A stretch of DNA of 46,155 nucleotides from Meiothermus sp. (GTDB lineage Bacteria > Deinococcota > Deinococci > Deinococcales > Thermaceae): positions 1 through 46,155 of the forward strand of contig JANRLD010000023.1 of NCBI GenBank assembly GCA_033762915.1, written 5' to 3'. Of the stretch, positions 34,635 to 43,962 are shown one piece after another. Position 1 is the stretch's first letter. The number at the start of each line of letters is the position of its first letter. The translations under genes were made by a program, and so were the position numbers. The notes below the pieces were generated by a model. That model saw only the letters and a program-made list of their open reading frames with translations. It did not search any database and was not told where the DNA came from.

Positions 34635-35195
34635 ATGCCTCTGGAGCGCGTTGTGGTGTTCGGGTTCGCGGGCAGCGGGAAAAGCACCTTGGCGCGGCAA
34701 CTCGCGCAGCGACTGGGCCTCGAGTATTTCGAGACCGATGCGCTGCACTGGAACCCCGGCTGGGTGGGCACCCCGACGCCTCAGTTCCGGGAAAAGATAG
34801 AGGCCGCCACTGCCGGTGTGCGCTGGGCCACCGAGGGCAACTACTCCCAGGTCCGCGACATCTACCTAAAGAGGGCCGACACCGTGATCTGGCTGGACTA
34901 CCCCTTCTGGTTCACCTATCTGCGTCTGCTCCGGCGCACGCTGGGCCGAATCCTGGACAGACAGCCCATCTGTAACGGCAACTACGAGACCTTCGGCGGG
35001 GCTTTCTTGAGCAGGAAATCGCTGCTGCTCTACGCCCTGCAGTCCCGCTGGCGCATGTGGCGCGAGGGAACAGACTACTCCAGCCGCTGGGACACGTACC
35101 CCCACCTCGAGGTGTTGCGTTTCCGGAGGGCGAAGGAGACCCAGGCCTGGCTGGAGGGCCTCAAAGACGGCGGGCAACGGGCAGCAGGGGCCTAA
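34635..35195 (+). CDS. Adenylate kinase-like P-loop protein (topology-modulation/FlaR-like)
   Basis: [44 protein letters not shown] -10 box 8 nt before ATG 34635. Confidence 0.9.
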   Translation: MPLERVVVFGFAGSGKSTLARQLAQRLGLEYFETDALHWNPGWVGTPTPQFREKIEAATAGVRWATEGNYSQVRDIYLKRADTVIWLDYPFWFTYLRLLRRTLGRILDRQPICNGNYETFGGAFLSRKSLLLYALQSRWRMWREGTDYSSRWDTYPHLEVLRFRRAKETQAWLEGLKDGGQRAAGA

Positions 35196-35254
35196 CAGCG
35201 AACCCTTCGAGTGCGCCTCGAGAGGTTTCGCTTCCGCCGTTGGAGGTAGGGTGG

Positions 35255-37861
35255 TTACTGAATCCGCACGATCTGCGCGGTAGAGGGTACGCCCGCGTTG
35301 TCCAGTATGAAGACCATATAGAAGCCCGGAGGCGCCACGTTGCGGGCAGAGTTGGTTCCGGCAGAGCCGTACATGCCGTCGGAGGGGGTCTGGACGGTGA
35401 GGGTGTTGCCGCTTTGGGACTGGATGGGCAGCTCGAGGTAGCGCTGGTTCTGGTCGAAGCCGTGCGTCGGAGCACCCAGCGCCACAAAGGTCACCTTGCG
35501 GATGCTACGGCCCGCCGTGGGGTGCGCCCAGGTCAGACTGAAGGCGGAGTTGTAGGCCAGAGTGGGGTAGTTGTCAACGAGGGGAATGTTGGTGCTCTGA
35601 ATGACGGGCCGGGTGGCCAGTGCACCCGTGTTGGTGAAGAGGTAGGGAGGGTAGTAGATTTCGTGATTCTTCTGGTTCACCGCATTGGCCCGCTGGGTGG
35701 GCGAGGCGCTTTGCAGGCTGCCGTACTCGTCGGAGCCGTTGCAGAAACCGCAGCCGCCGCCCGCCGCCGTCCAAACCGTGGCATCGGGGAGCAGCATCGC
35801 CACGGAGTGGTACATGCGCGGCTGTGCAGCCTTGGCGCCGAGACGGAAGCTGCCAGAGGTGGCGTTGGGCGTCCAGATTTCCGAGGTTCGCACGGCGAGG
35901 TCAATGTTCCACAGGGTGCTGGGGCTGACCATGTTGGTGTAGGTCTGCGGCAGATTGCCCGATTCACCAAAGCGCTGCTGCCCGCCGCTCACAAACACTT
36001 CGCCGTTGGCGAGTGAGACCGCGCTGGCGTGGGTACGGCGGTAGGCCATGTTGGGTCCAGTCACCATTGCGGGCGTGACCGAGGAGGTCTGGGGCAGGGT
36101 GATGTGCAGGGTGGTGTTGGTGTTGTTGTCGGCCCCACCCGGTACGCCGTTATCGATGAAGGCGGTTCCCCCGCCAAGCACCAGAATCTTCCCCGGCTCG
36201 TACATCACCGAGCTGCCATACCAGCGGTAGCCGAACCCGCTGGTCTGGGCACTGGTAGACTGATAGGCCCAACTGCCGTTGCCGCTGGTGCTGAGGGCGC
36301 CCTTGGCGTAGGAAGCCCCGGACAAAAACACCGAGCCGTTGGGTGCCACATGCCACCAGGGGTAGTAGTGCGAGAAATCGAAGCCCGCAGCCGTGGGCGC
36401 GGCCGTCACCCCCAGCATCCGCAGCTGGCCGGTAGCGGGATTGTAGACCTCGAAGGCGTTGTTGGCGCCATTGGCGATCCCGTAGGCGCCGCCGCCGCCC
36501 TGCAGACCGGTGGGGCAGTTGCCGCCGCCGATACGGCAGATGGGTTGGCCTTGACGGCTCGAGTCCCCGGCCGAAGTTTCGGTAGGGTTGCTGCCGTCCA
36601 CGAAGCTGGTATCGGGCCGGGCTTTACCGCCGGTAATCAGCAGCTCGCCGTTGGGCAGTTTGGTCACCGTGGGATACCAGCGGTCGCGCCACATGTTGGG
36701 GGTACGGCTGTTGGGGCCGTTCTCCCAGGTGTTGGTGCGCGGGTTAAACACGTTGAGCTTGATACTGCCCCACTCCGAGCCCATGTTGCCCCCGGCGGTG
36801 AAGAACTCGCCGTTGGTCAGGACGGTGTAGCCCGCACAGAACAGGTCCGTGCCCCTAGCAGACGGGCTGCTGGACTGGCTACCCTGCGAAGCGCGGTTGC
36901 CGAAGCTGGCGTCGCTGAACGTACCGACGGCGGGGTTCCAGATCTGCACAAACGAGCCATCCTCGGCCCCCAGCCCGGCCACGCTTCGGGGGCTGGTGTT
37001 GTGAATTGCGGTGCTGGTGTCCTCGCGGTACTTGCCCACGTCGTCCGAGGCGTACCACGCAATCACCCTACCGTCGGGCAGTAGGGCGCTATAGGTGGGC
37101 ACGAGCGGCCAGTTATCCACGACCGGGCCGAAGCATCCACGCACCCCGGCGTTGCTGGCCTCGTTGCCCACACGCGGCGCACATTCGGCCGGAACCGCCA
37201 CGTCGTTGGTGTTGATGAAGTTGCTGCTGCCCGCGCTGTTGACTGCCTGAACGCGGTAGGTATAGGTGCGCCCGCCTGCGAGGGTGCTGGTGGTGTCGGT
37301 GAACTCCAGATCCGTCAGGTTGGCGCTCAGGGTGCTAAAGTTTCCCGAGCCTAGCCGCCGCTGCACAGTGTAGGTGATGTTCTCGCCGGTGGCCGGGGCC
37401 TGCCAGACCACCCGCACCCCGACGCCGGAGCCGCTCGAGACCGCGTAGGCCAGCACGTTTTGCGGCACGCCGGGCGCGACTGGGCCGGGGCCGGGGCCAG
37501 GCCCCGGGCCTCCGCTGCGCGCCCCCACCACCACCTGTCGCTCGGGGGACCTGGCGGTTCCGCCGATGACGCGGTAGACGTAGGTGGTGCTAAAGTCAAC
37601 GGCGCTGTCGGTGTAGGTGTTGGTGTTGACGGTAGCGATCGGGCTGAAGTCCGCCGCGCCGGTCTTGCGCTCCACGGCGTAGCTCGAGACCCCGGCCAGG
37701 GCGTTCCAGCTCAGGGTCACGCTGGCCTGCGCCGCGCTGGTGTCTACGTTGTCGGTGAAGTTGGTGATCTGTACAGACACGGGCTGGCTGCCCCCGGTGT
37801 CGCAGGCCGCGATCAGCACCGCCAAAGCCAGCCCAAACATCCATTTGTTCCATTGGTTCAT
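35255..37861 (-). CDS. Copper-radical oxidase (galactose/glyoxal oxidase-like) lipoprotein with two FN3-like domains, Kelch propeller and C-terminal Ig-like domain
   Basis: Lipobox IAAC; DLFCAG, RWYP, RMYHS and PTHG ligand motifs; APPGFYMVF C-terminus. Confidence 0.92.
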   Translation of the reverse strand: MNQWNKWMFGLALAVLIAACDTGGSQPVSVQITNFTDNVDTSAAQASVTLSWNALAGVSSYAVERKTGAADFSPIATVNTNTYTDSAVDFSTTYVYRVIGGTARSPERQVVVGARSGGPGPGPGPGPVAPGVPQNVLAYAVSSGSGVGVRVVWQAPATGENITYTVQRRLGSGNFSTLSANLTDLEFTDTTSTLAGGRTYTYRVQAVNSAGSSNFINTNDVAVPAECAPRVGNEASNAGVRGCFGPVVDNWPLVPTYSALLPDGRVIAWYASDDVGKYREDTSTAIHNTSPRSVAGLGAEDGSFVQIWNPAVGTFSDASFGNRASQGSQSSSPSARGTDLFCAGYTVLTNGEFFTAGGNMGSEWGSIKLNVFNPRTNTWENGPNSRTPNMWRDRWYPTVTKLPNGELLITGGKARPDTSFVDGSNPTETSAGDSSRQGQPICRIGGGNCPTGLQGGGGAYGIANGANNAFEVYNPATGQLRMLGVTAAPTAAGFDFSHYYPWWHVAPNGSVFLSGASYAKGALSTSGNGSWAYQSTSAQTSGFGYRWYGSSVMYEPGKILVLGGGTAFIDNGVPGGADNNTNTTLHITLPQTSSVTPAMVTGPNMAYRRTHASAVSLANGEVFVSGGQQRFGESGNLPQTYTNMVSPSTLWNIDLAVRTSEIWTPNATSGSFRLGAKAAQPRMYHSVAMLLPDATVWTAAGGGCGFCNGSDEYGSLQSASPTQRANAVNQKNHEIYYPPYLFTNTGALATRPVIQSTNIPLVDNYPTLAYNSAFSLTWAHPTAGRSIRKVTFVALGAPTHGFDQNQRYLELPIQSQSGNTLTVQTPSDGMYGSAGTNSARNVAPPGFYMVFILDNAGVPSTAQIVRIQ

Positions 37862-38031
37862 GAAAACACCTGCTCTCTGTCACCAAATTGTAGGGGCAAA
37901 CGCCTCCGTTTTGCTGGAGTTTTCATAACGTCTTGACGGCAGAGGCGTGAACCCGCAAAAACCTGCCGGGAACAAAGCGGCCTTGGCCCCGTTTCCGCTT
38001 GCGAGGCTAGCGAAACCTTGGGATAACGGCG

Positions 38032-38064
38032 AAAAGTAAACCGGGCGTGAGCTTCACGCCCGGT
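38032..38064 (-). terminator. Intrinsic terminator between the two oxidase paralogs
   Basis: ACCGGGCGTGA-GCT-TCACGCCCGGT with a T-rich tail on the minus strand. Confidence 0.8.
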
Positions 38065-38078
38065 CTGCCGCGAAAAGG

Positions 38079-40463
38079 CTACTGGATTCGGATGATCTTG
38101 GCCTCGGAGGGCACGCCCTGGTCGTCGAGGATGAACAGCATGTAAAAGCCCGGAGGGGCCGCGTTCTGCGAGGCAGTGGCGCCGCCGAAGTTGGAGCCGG
38201 TAAAGGTCGTGCTGATGGTCAGGGTATTGCCGTTGCGCGAGGTGACGGTGGGCTCGAGGTAGCGCTGGTTCTGGTTGAAGGCGTGGGTGGGGGCGCCGAG
38301 GGCCACCAGCGAGACCTTGCCGATGCTGCGCCCGGCCTCGGGATGGGCGAAGCTGAGGGTGAAGAAAGCGTTGTAGCCGACGGTGGGGAAGCCGCCGCTC
38401 TCGGCGATGCTGGTCTCCAAAATCACCGGGCGCTCTTGCAACGAGCCGTCGGCCTTGAACAGGTAGGGGGGGTAGTAGATTTCGCTGTTGCGCTTGTTTA
38501 TCCGGCTCATGCGGACGCTCGAGGGCTGTCCGCTCAGTGAAGGGCCGAACACTGCGGCAGGCAGGTTGTCGCAGGTGCCGCAGCCCCCGCCGCCCGCCGT
38601 GAGCACGGTGCCGTCGGGCAGCAGCATCGCCACCGAGTGGTACATCCGCTCCTGGTTGGCCAGCGCCGCCAGGCCAAAAGTTTGGGTGGCCGGGTTCCAG
38701 ATCTCCGAGGTGCGCACCGCCAGGTCGAGGTTCCAGATGGTGTCCTCGTTGACCGTGTTGGGCCAGGACAGGTTAGCGGCTGGGGCGGCCCTTGGTGCAC
38801 CCTCGCCGCCGTTCTGCTGGCCGCCGTTGATGAAGACCCGCCCGTCAGCCAGCACGGTGGAGTTGTGGTGGGTGCGGCGGAAGTTCATTGTGTTATTGCC
38901 TGAGCCGGTGGAGATAGAGGCGCTCGAGGCATTAAGGGTGATGAGGATTGGGATGTGGTTATCCTCGGTCTGGCCGTAGCCGCCCACCGGGCTGCTGGTG
39001 CCGTTGTTGCCGAAGGCGTAGCCCCCACCCGTCACGAGGATGCGCCCTGGTTGGTACATTACCGAACTGCCGTACACGCGCTGGCCGCCCGTGAGCTGGA
39101 CGTTCGTCCAGGCCGTACTGGGAGTGCCGCCACTGAAGTTCTGGTTCAGAAATGCCCGCTGGCGGCCCGCCCCCGCGAGGTAGACCAGGCCGTTCGGAGC
39201 CACGTGGAACTGCGGGTAGTAGTGTTCGAAGGTGGGGATCTCGCGGGCGGTGGTGGGCAGCATGGTCAGGCTGCCGGTAGCGGGGTTGTAGACCTCGAGG
39301 GCGTTGTTGTAGCCGGTGTTGGCTCCATCGCCGCGGATGCCCCGGTACGTGGCGAATACCTGTCCGGCCCCGCCCGGCGGCAGGTTGGCCGCCCCCGCAG
39401 GTGCGACGCCGCCCACCGTGCCCTGCAAACCCGGCGGGCAGACGTTCCCACCGCCCGTGCGGCAGATGGGCTGACCGGTGCGGCTCGAGTCGCCTAGGGC
39501 GGTCTCGGTCGGGCTGGTGCCATCGGTGAATGTGGCGTCCTTGGCCGAGGTTCCGCCCGAGATTAGCACCCGCCCGTCGGGCAGTTTAGTGAGTGTGGGA
39601 TACCAGCGGTCGCGCCACATGTTGGGCGTACTGGGCCCGGGGCCTTTTTCCCAGGTGTTGGTGCCGGGGGTGAAGAGGTTAAGCCGGATGCTGCCCCAGG
39701 TCGCCCCGATGTTCCCGCCTGCGGTGAGAAACCTGCCGTCGTTCAGTACGGTATAGCCCGCGCAGAACAGGTCGGTGCCCTTGCCGCCGCTCTGATCCAG
39801 ATTGGTCATCTGAAAGGCGGTGGTCGCCCCGCCCTCGGCGGGGTTCCATACGGTCACCAAGCTCTGGTCCTGTGTCCCCAGACCCGGTATGGCGCGGGGG
39901 TTCTGGTTGTGTACGGCCTGAGCATTGTCTTCGCGGTACGCACCAACTTCGTCGGAGGCGTACCAGGCGATTACCCGCCCGTTGGGCAGCAGGGCCGAGA
40001 AGGTGGGCACCAGGGGCCAGTTTTCCACCACCGGGCCGAAACAGCCCCGGCTGGCGATATCAGTCGAGCCGTTCGCACACTGCGAGGGCACCGAGACCTG
40101 GTTGGACTCCACCGGGCTGCTGCTGGTCGAGCCGTTGAGGGCCTTGAGGCGGTAAGTGTAGCTACGTCCGCCCGGCGGCACGGTGTCGGTGAAGTTAACG
40201 CTGCTGGCACTGATGCTACCGCCCACTGCCGCGAAGTTGCCATCGCCCTGGCGGCGCTCGAGGGCGTAGCCTGTCACGGACCCGGCCGGAGCCGTCCACT
40301 GGAGGCGCACCTGGGTGGGCGAGACCGCCGAGGCGATCAGGCCGCTGGGCGCATCCACAGGGCCTCCGCCCCCGCCACCCCCGCCCCCGCCCGCGCAGGC
40401 AACCAATGTCAAGACCAGTAAACCGAGCAAAACGCGAGAACAGGCGGAGAAGTTCAAAACCAT
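38079..40463 (-). CDS. Copper-radical oxidase lipoprotein paralog with one FN3 domain
   Basis: Lipobox LVAC plus poly-Gly linker; DLFCAG, RWYP, RMYHS, PTHA; clearly paralogous to 35255-37861; start uncertain. Confidence 0.92.
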   Translation of the reverse strand: MVLNFSACSRVLLGLLVLTLVACAGGGGGGGGGGPVDAPSGLIASAVSPTQVRLQWTAPAGSVTGYALERRQGDGNFAAVGGSISASSVNFTDTVPPGGRSYTYRLKALNGSTSSSPVESNQVSVPSQCANGSTDIASRGCFGPVVENWPLVPTFSALLPNGRVIAWYASDEVGAYREDNAQAVHNQNPRAIPGLGTQDQSLVTVWNPAEGGATTAFQMTNLDQSGGKGTDLFCAGYTVLNDGRFLTAGGNIGATWGSIRLNLFTPGTNTWEKGPGPSTPNMWRDRWYPTLTKLPDGRVLISGGTSAKDATFTDGTSPTETALGDSSRTGQPICRTGGGNVCPPGLQGTVGGVAPAGAANLPPGGAGQVFATYRGIRGDGANTGYNNALEVYNPATGSLTMLPTTAREIPTFEHYYPQFHVAPNGLVYLAGAGRQRAFLNQNFSGGTPSTAWTNVQLTGGQRVYGSSVMYQPGRILVTGGGYAFGNNGTSSPVGGYGQTEDNHIPILITLNASSASISTGSGNNTMNFRRTHHNSTVLADGRVFINGGQQNGGEGAPRAAPAANLSWPNTVNEDTIWNLDLAVRTSEIWNPATQTFGLAALANQERMYHSVAMLLPDGTVLTAGGGGCGTCDNLPAAVFGPSLSGQPSSVRMSRINKRNSEIYYPPYLFKADGSLQERPVILETSIAESGGFPTVGYNAFFTLSFAHPEAGRSIGKVSLVALGAPTHAFNQNQRYLEPTVTSRNGNTLTISTTFTGSNFGGATASQNAAPPGFYMLFILDDQGVPSEAKIIRIQ

Positions 40464-40675
40464 ACCCCTATGACTGTAGGCGATTTGTCCCACTTCGATG
40501 CCGCAAAACCGACACCTTTACGTGAACCGCCCCGTAACTTCAACCCTATCGCGCCCCGAATTAGAAGCCCTACACTGGTCGTTTGGAAAGTGAGGGGCGC
40601 GTTCCGGTAGCGTAACGAGGATGTTACAGATGAGCCGGTTTGGAGCCCTACGCGCGAACAGGTAAACTCTGCCCC

Positions 40676-41551
40676 ATGAGCAAAGTCGCTTTCATCGGTC
40701 TGGGCGCGATGGGCTACCCTATGGCTGGACACCTGGCCAAAAAATATGAGACCCTGGTCTACAACCGCACGCCCGCCAAGGCCGCGCGGCACGCCGCCGA
40801 GCATGGCAGCAAGGTCGTGGATTTGGCCGCAGTTGCCGAAGCCGACGTGATCCTCACCTGCGTCCCCATCTCCAAGGACGTCGACGATCTGGCCCGCTCT
40901 CTCCTCCCCCACTTGCGCTCCGGCACGCTCTGGGTGGATCACACCTCCGGCGAGCCCGAGCTGGCAAAGCAGACGGCCGCGTTGCTGGCGACCAAGGGCG
41001 TGAGCTACATGGACGCTTGTCTATCCGGCGGCGTCGCGGGGGCGATCAACGCCAAGGCCACAGTGATGTGCGGCGGCTCGGAGGCCGACTTCGAGCGGGC
41101 CACACCCGTCATGCAGACCTACGCCGCCAAAATCGTCCGCGTGGGGCCGATGGGCGCGGGCCACGCGGTCAAGGCGGTCAACCAGGGTCTACTGGCCGTC
41201 AACCTCTGGGCGATGAGCGAGGGCATGGTGGCCCTGGCAAAACAGGGGATAAACCTCGAGCTGGCCCTCGAGGTCATCAACGCCTCATCAGGCCGATCCA
41301 ACGTCTCGGAAAACCTCTTTGGTTCTCGGGTGGTCAGCCGCCAGTTCCCCAACACCTTTGCGCTGGGCCTGCTGGCCAAAGACATGGGGATCTGCGTCAA
41401 GGTGCTCGAGGCCGCCGGGACGCCCGCCCCGCTGCTGCGCCAGTTGCGTGAGTTCTTCGACATCGCCAAGAAAGAGGTGGGCTCTGCCGACCAGGACCAC
41501 ACGGCGGTAGCAAAGCTGCTCGAAAAGTGGGCAGGGGTGGAAATCAGATAG
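40676..41551 (+). CDS. NAD(P)-dependent 3-hydroxyisobutyrate dehydrogenase family oxidoreductase
   Basis: VAFIGLGAMGYPMA, DHTSGEP, DACLSGG, GAGHAVKAVNQ, KDMGI; TAAACT -10 box 7 nt before ATG. Confidence 0.93.
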   Translation: MSKVAFIGLGAMGYPMAGHLAKKYETLVYNRTPAKAARHAAEHGSKVVDLAAVAEADVILTCVPISKDVDDLARSLLPHLRSGTLWVDHTSGEPELAKQTAALLATKGVSYMDACLSGGVAGAINAKATVMCGGSEADFERATPVMQTYAAKIVRVGPMGAGHAVKAVNQGLLAVNLWAMSEGMVALAKQGINLELALEVINASSGRSNVSENLFGSRVVSRQFPNTFALGLLAKDMGICVKVLEAAGTPAPLLRQLREFFDIAKKEVGSADQDHTAVAKLLEKWAGVEIR

Positions 41552-41960
41552 GTGCGGGAAAAAAAGCAAGGAAACGGAGAAAAGGGAGGTCCAAGGCAAA
41601 GGTCAGCGGCAACCCCTGCGGCCTATGGGTGACGGTCTGGGCGACCCATGGGCAAGAAAAGCGGAGCCGCGCCGCCTCAAGTTTCCATAGTTAAAAGCTG
41701 CCCGCCAGTTCCCGCAGGGAATTGTGCCTCGGGTGGCCGCTCTGCGGCTATGGCGCACGCCACTCCGCCCGGGCACCTGTCTACCGCATTCGCCGATTCC
41801 GCACTTCCACCTGGCGCAAGTTAACTCGCCCTTTGGTGCGCTCCGTCTGCGTTAATGGCCCGAAAGACCGGCGCCCGCACACCGATCATCAACAACCGTG
41901 CGACTCCTGGGAGATCGCCTTGAGGCTCCCCTTTTCCCACAACGCTCTGCCTGCCGCCCC

Positions 41961-43571
41961 CTACCTTCCTTTCCACCCTGCCCCCCGCACGATCTGCCCC
42001 GGCGTGGCCCCGGTGTGCTGACCATCCTCTAGCACACGCACGCCGTTCACCCAGACCTGCCGAATCCCGGTGGACAACTGGTGCGGATCGTCAAAGGTGG
42101 CGTGGTCGGTCACGGTGGCGGGGTCGAGGAGCACCAGGTCGGCCATCGCACCCAACTGAATCCGACCACGGTCAAAGAGGTTGAGGCGGTTGGCGGGCAG
42201 GCTAGTCATCTTGCGGACGGCCTCCTCGAGGCTCAATACCCCCTCCTCGCGCACGTACTTGCGCAGGACTCGAGGGTAGCTGCCATAACCGCGCGGGTGA
42301 ACCGGCCCGTACGCCTTTGCCCAGGCCGGGTCGAAGCCGCCCGCGTCGGTGGAGACCATCGTCCAGGGCTGACCAAGCTCCAGGCGGACATTGTCCTCGC
42401 TCATGGTGAAGTATATGGTGCCGATGCGCTGCTGTTCGCTGACCAGCAGGTCGAAGATGCACTCCAGCCAGTCCTGCCCGCGCATCGCGGCAATCTCGGA
42501 GAGCCTCATGCCCACGTAGGGCTGGTTCTCGGGCTTGTAAAAGCCCACCGGCATCACGTGCTCGGCCCGGCTGCGGGTGTCTACGGCCGCTTCGGGCCGG
42601 GCCAGTTCCTCGCGGATGCGCTGGCGAACGGTGGGGTCTGTGAGCTTCTCGTAGGAGTTGCCGCCCTCGAAGACCCAGTTGGGCAGCATGGCGTTGAGCC
42701 CGGTGCCGCTGGCGGCGTAGGGGTAGACATCGGCGGTCACGTCCTGGCCCTGGGCTCGAGCCCGGTTAATCCGATCAATGACTTGCGACATTTTGGGCCA
42801 GTTGTCCTGGCGGCTGGCCTTGAGGTGGTAGATCTGCACCGGGAGCCGGGCCCGCCGGCCGATCTCCAGCGCCTCTTCGAGGGCCTCGAGCAGCCGGTCG
42901 CTCTCCGAACGCAGATGGGTGATATAGAGGCCGCCGTGCTCGGCCACCACCTTGCACACTTCGACGATCTCATCGGTGTCAGCGTAGTCGTCGGGCGGGT
43001 AGATCAGGGCGTAAGAGACCCCGAAAGCGCCGTCCTGCATGGCCTCACGCATAACCCGCCGCAGGGTCTCGAGTTCTTCCCCGCTGGCCCTCCCCATGCG
43101 CATTCCGCAAGCGTACTCGCGCAGGGTACCGCCGCCCAGGAAAGAGCCGATGTTGGGCGAGACGCCGCGCCGGATCATGGCCTCGAGCCAGTCCGCAAAG
43201 CGCGACCAGCCTTTCATCTGCTGGTTCCACTCCTCGCCCACGTAAGGCGACAGTTTACGCTCGGCGATCTGGCCACCGAAAGGCGCGGGCGTCCAGGCTT
43301 CGCCCATGATCTCGGTGGTGACACCCTGGGTGATCTTGCTGAGGTTGCGCCCGTCCCGCATCAGGGGGGTGATGGCGTGGGAGAGGATGTCAATAAAGCC
43401 GGGGGTAAGTACTAGGCCGTCGGCCTCGAGCACCTCCGCCGCGTTGCCCAGTTTCCCGGCGGGCGCTATCGCCACTATTCGGCCGCCCGACACCCCCACG
43501 TCGCCCCAAAACCAGGGATTGCCGCTCCCGTCCACCACCCTAGCCCCGCGAACCAGCAGATCGAGTCGCAT
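41961..43571 (-). CDS. N-acyl-D-amino-acid deacylase family amidohydrolase
   Basis: VVDGSGNPWF.GDV, PGFID, YITHLRSE, YHLK, DVYPY, HPRGYGSYPRVL, EAVRKMTSLPA; leaderless TAAACT. Confidence 0.92.
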   Translation of the reverse strand: MRLDLLVRGARVVDGSGNPWFWGDVGVSGGRIVAIAPAGKLGNAAEVLEADGLVLTPGFIDILSHAITPLMRDGRNLSKITQGVTTEIMGEAWTPAPFGGQIAERKLSPYVGEEWNQQMKGWSRFADWLEAMIRRGVSPNIGSFLGGGTLREYACGMRMGRASGEELETLRRVMREAMQDGAFGVSYALIYPPDDYADTDEIVEVCKVVAEHGGLYITHLRSESDRLLEALEEALEIGRRARLPVQIYHLKASRQDNWPKMSQVIDRINRARAQGQDVTADVYPYAASGTGLNAMLPNWVFEGGNSYEKLTDPTVRQRIREELARPEAAVDTRSRAEHVMPVGFYKPENQPYVGMRLSEIAAMRGQDWLECIFDLLVSEQQRIGTIYFTMSEDNVRLELGQPWTMVSTDAGGFDPAWAKAYGPVHPRGYGSYPRVLRKYVREEGVLSLEEAVRKMTSLPANRLNLFDRGRIQLGAMADLVLLDPATVTDHATFDDPHQLSTGIRQVWVNGVRVLEDGQHTGATPGQIVRGAGWKGR

Positions 43572-43962
43572 GGGCGTAGTTTATCTGAGGCCGGGCGCGA
43601 CCGTTTCGGGAGTCCGAGGGAGGCAACGGGCATGGGCTCGAGCGATAGGCACCATATCTCAAGCGTGAAGGCGGAAGTTATGGGCGGGAGGTTGCGAATG
43701 TCTCGAGAGATTCGTTGTTTTACCGGTCTCGAGCTTGTCATCCGGCTCTTCCGGGGGGCTATTGAGCTGTATGAGTTTGTTGAGCAGGACAGTTTCTTTT
43801 CCATATCACGAATACGAAATTCGGTATCAGGAACCCTGATCAGTTATTCCTTACCCCCATGAAGGTTCTGGCCAGCCCTTCCCCTCATCGGTCACGCCTC
43901 GAAACGTTATTCCACACTGTTACCACGAGATCACCCACATTACTTGCCCTAACCTGGAACAT

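Noticed and set aside
43632..43862. AT-richer 76-aa ORF between the deacylase and the third oxidase
   Set aside because: Atypical codon usage; more likely divergent promoter DNA
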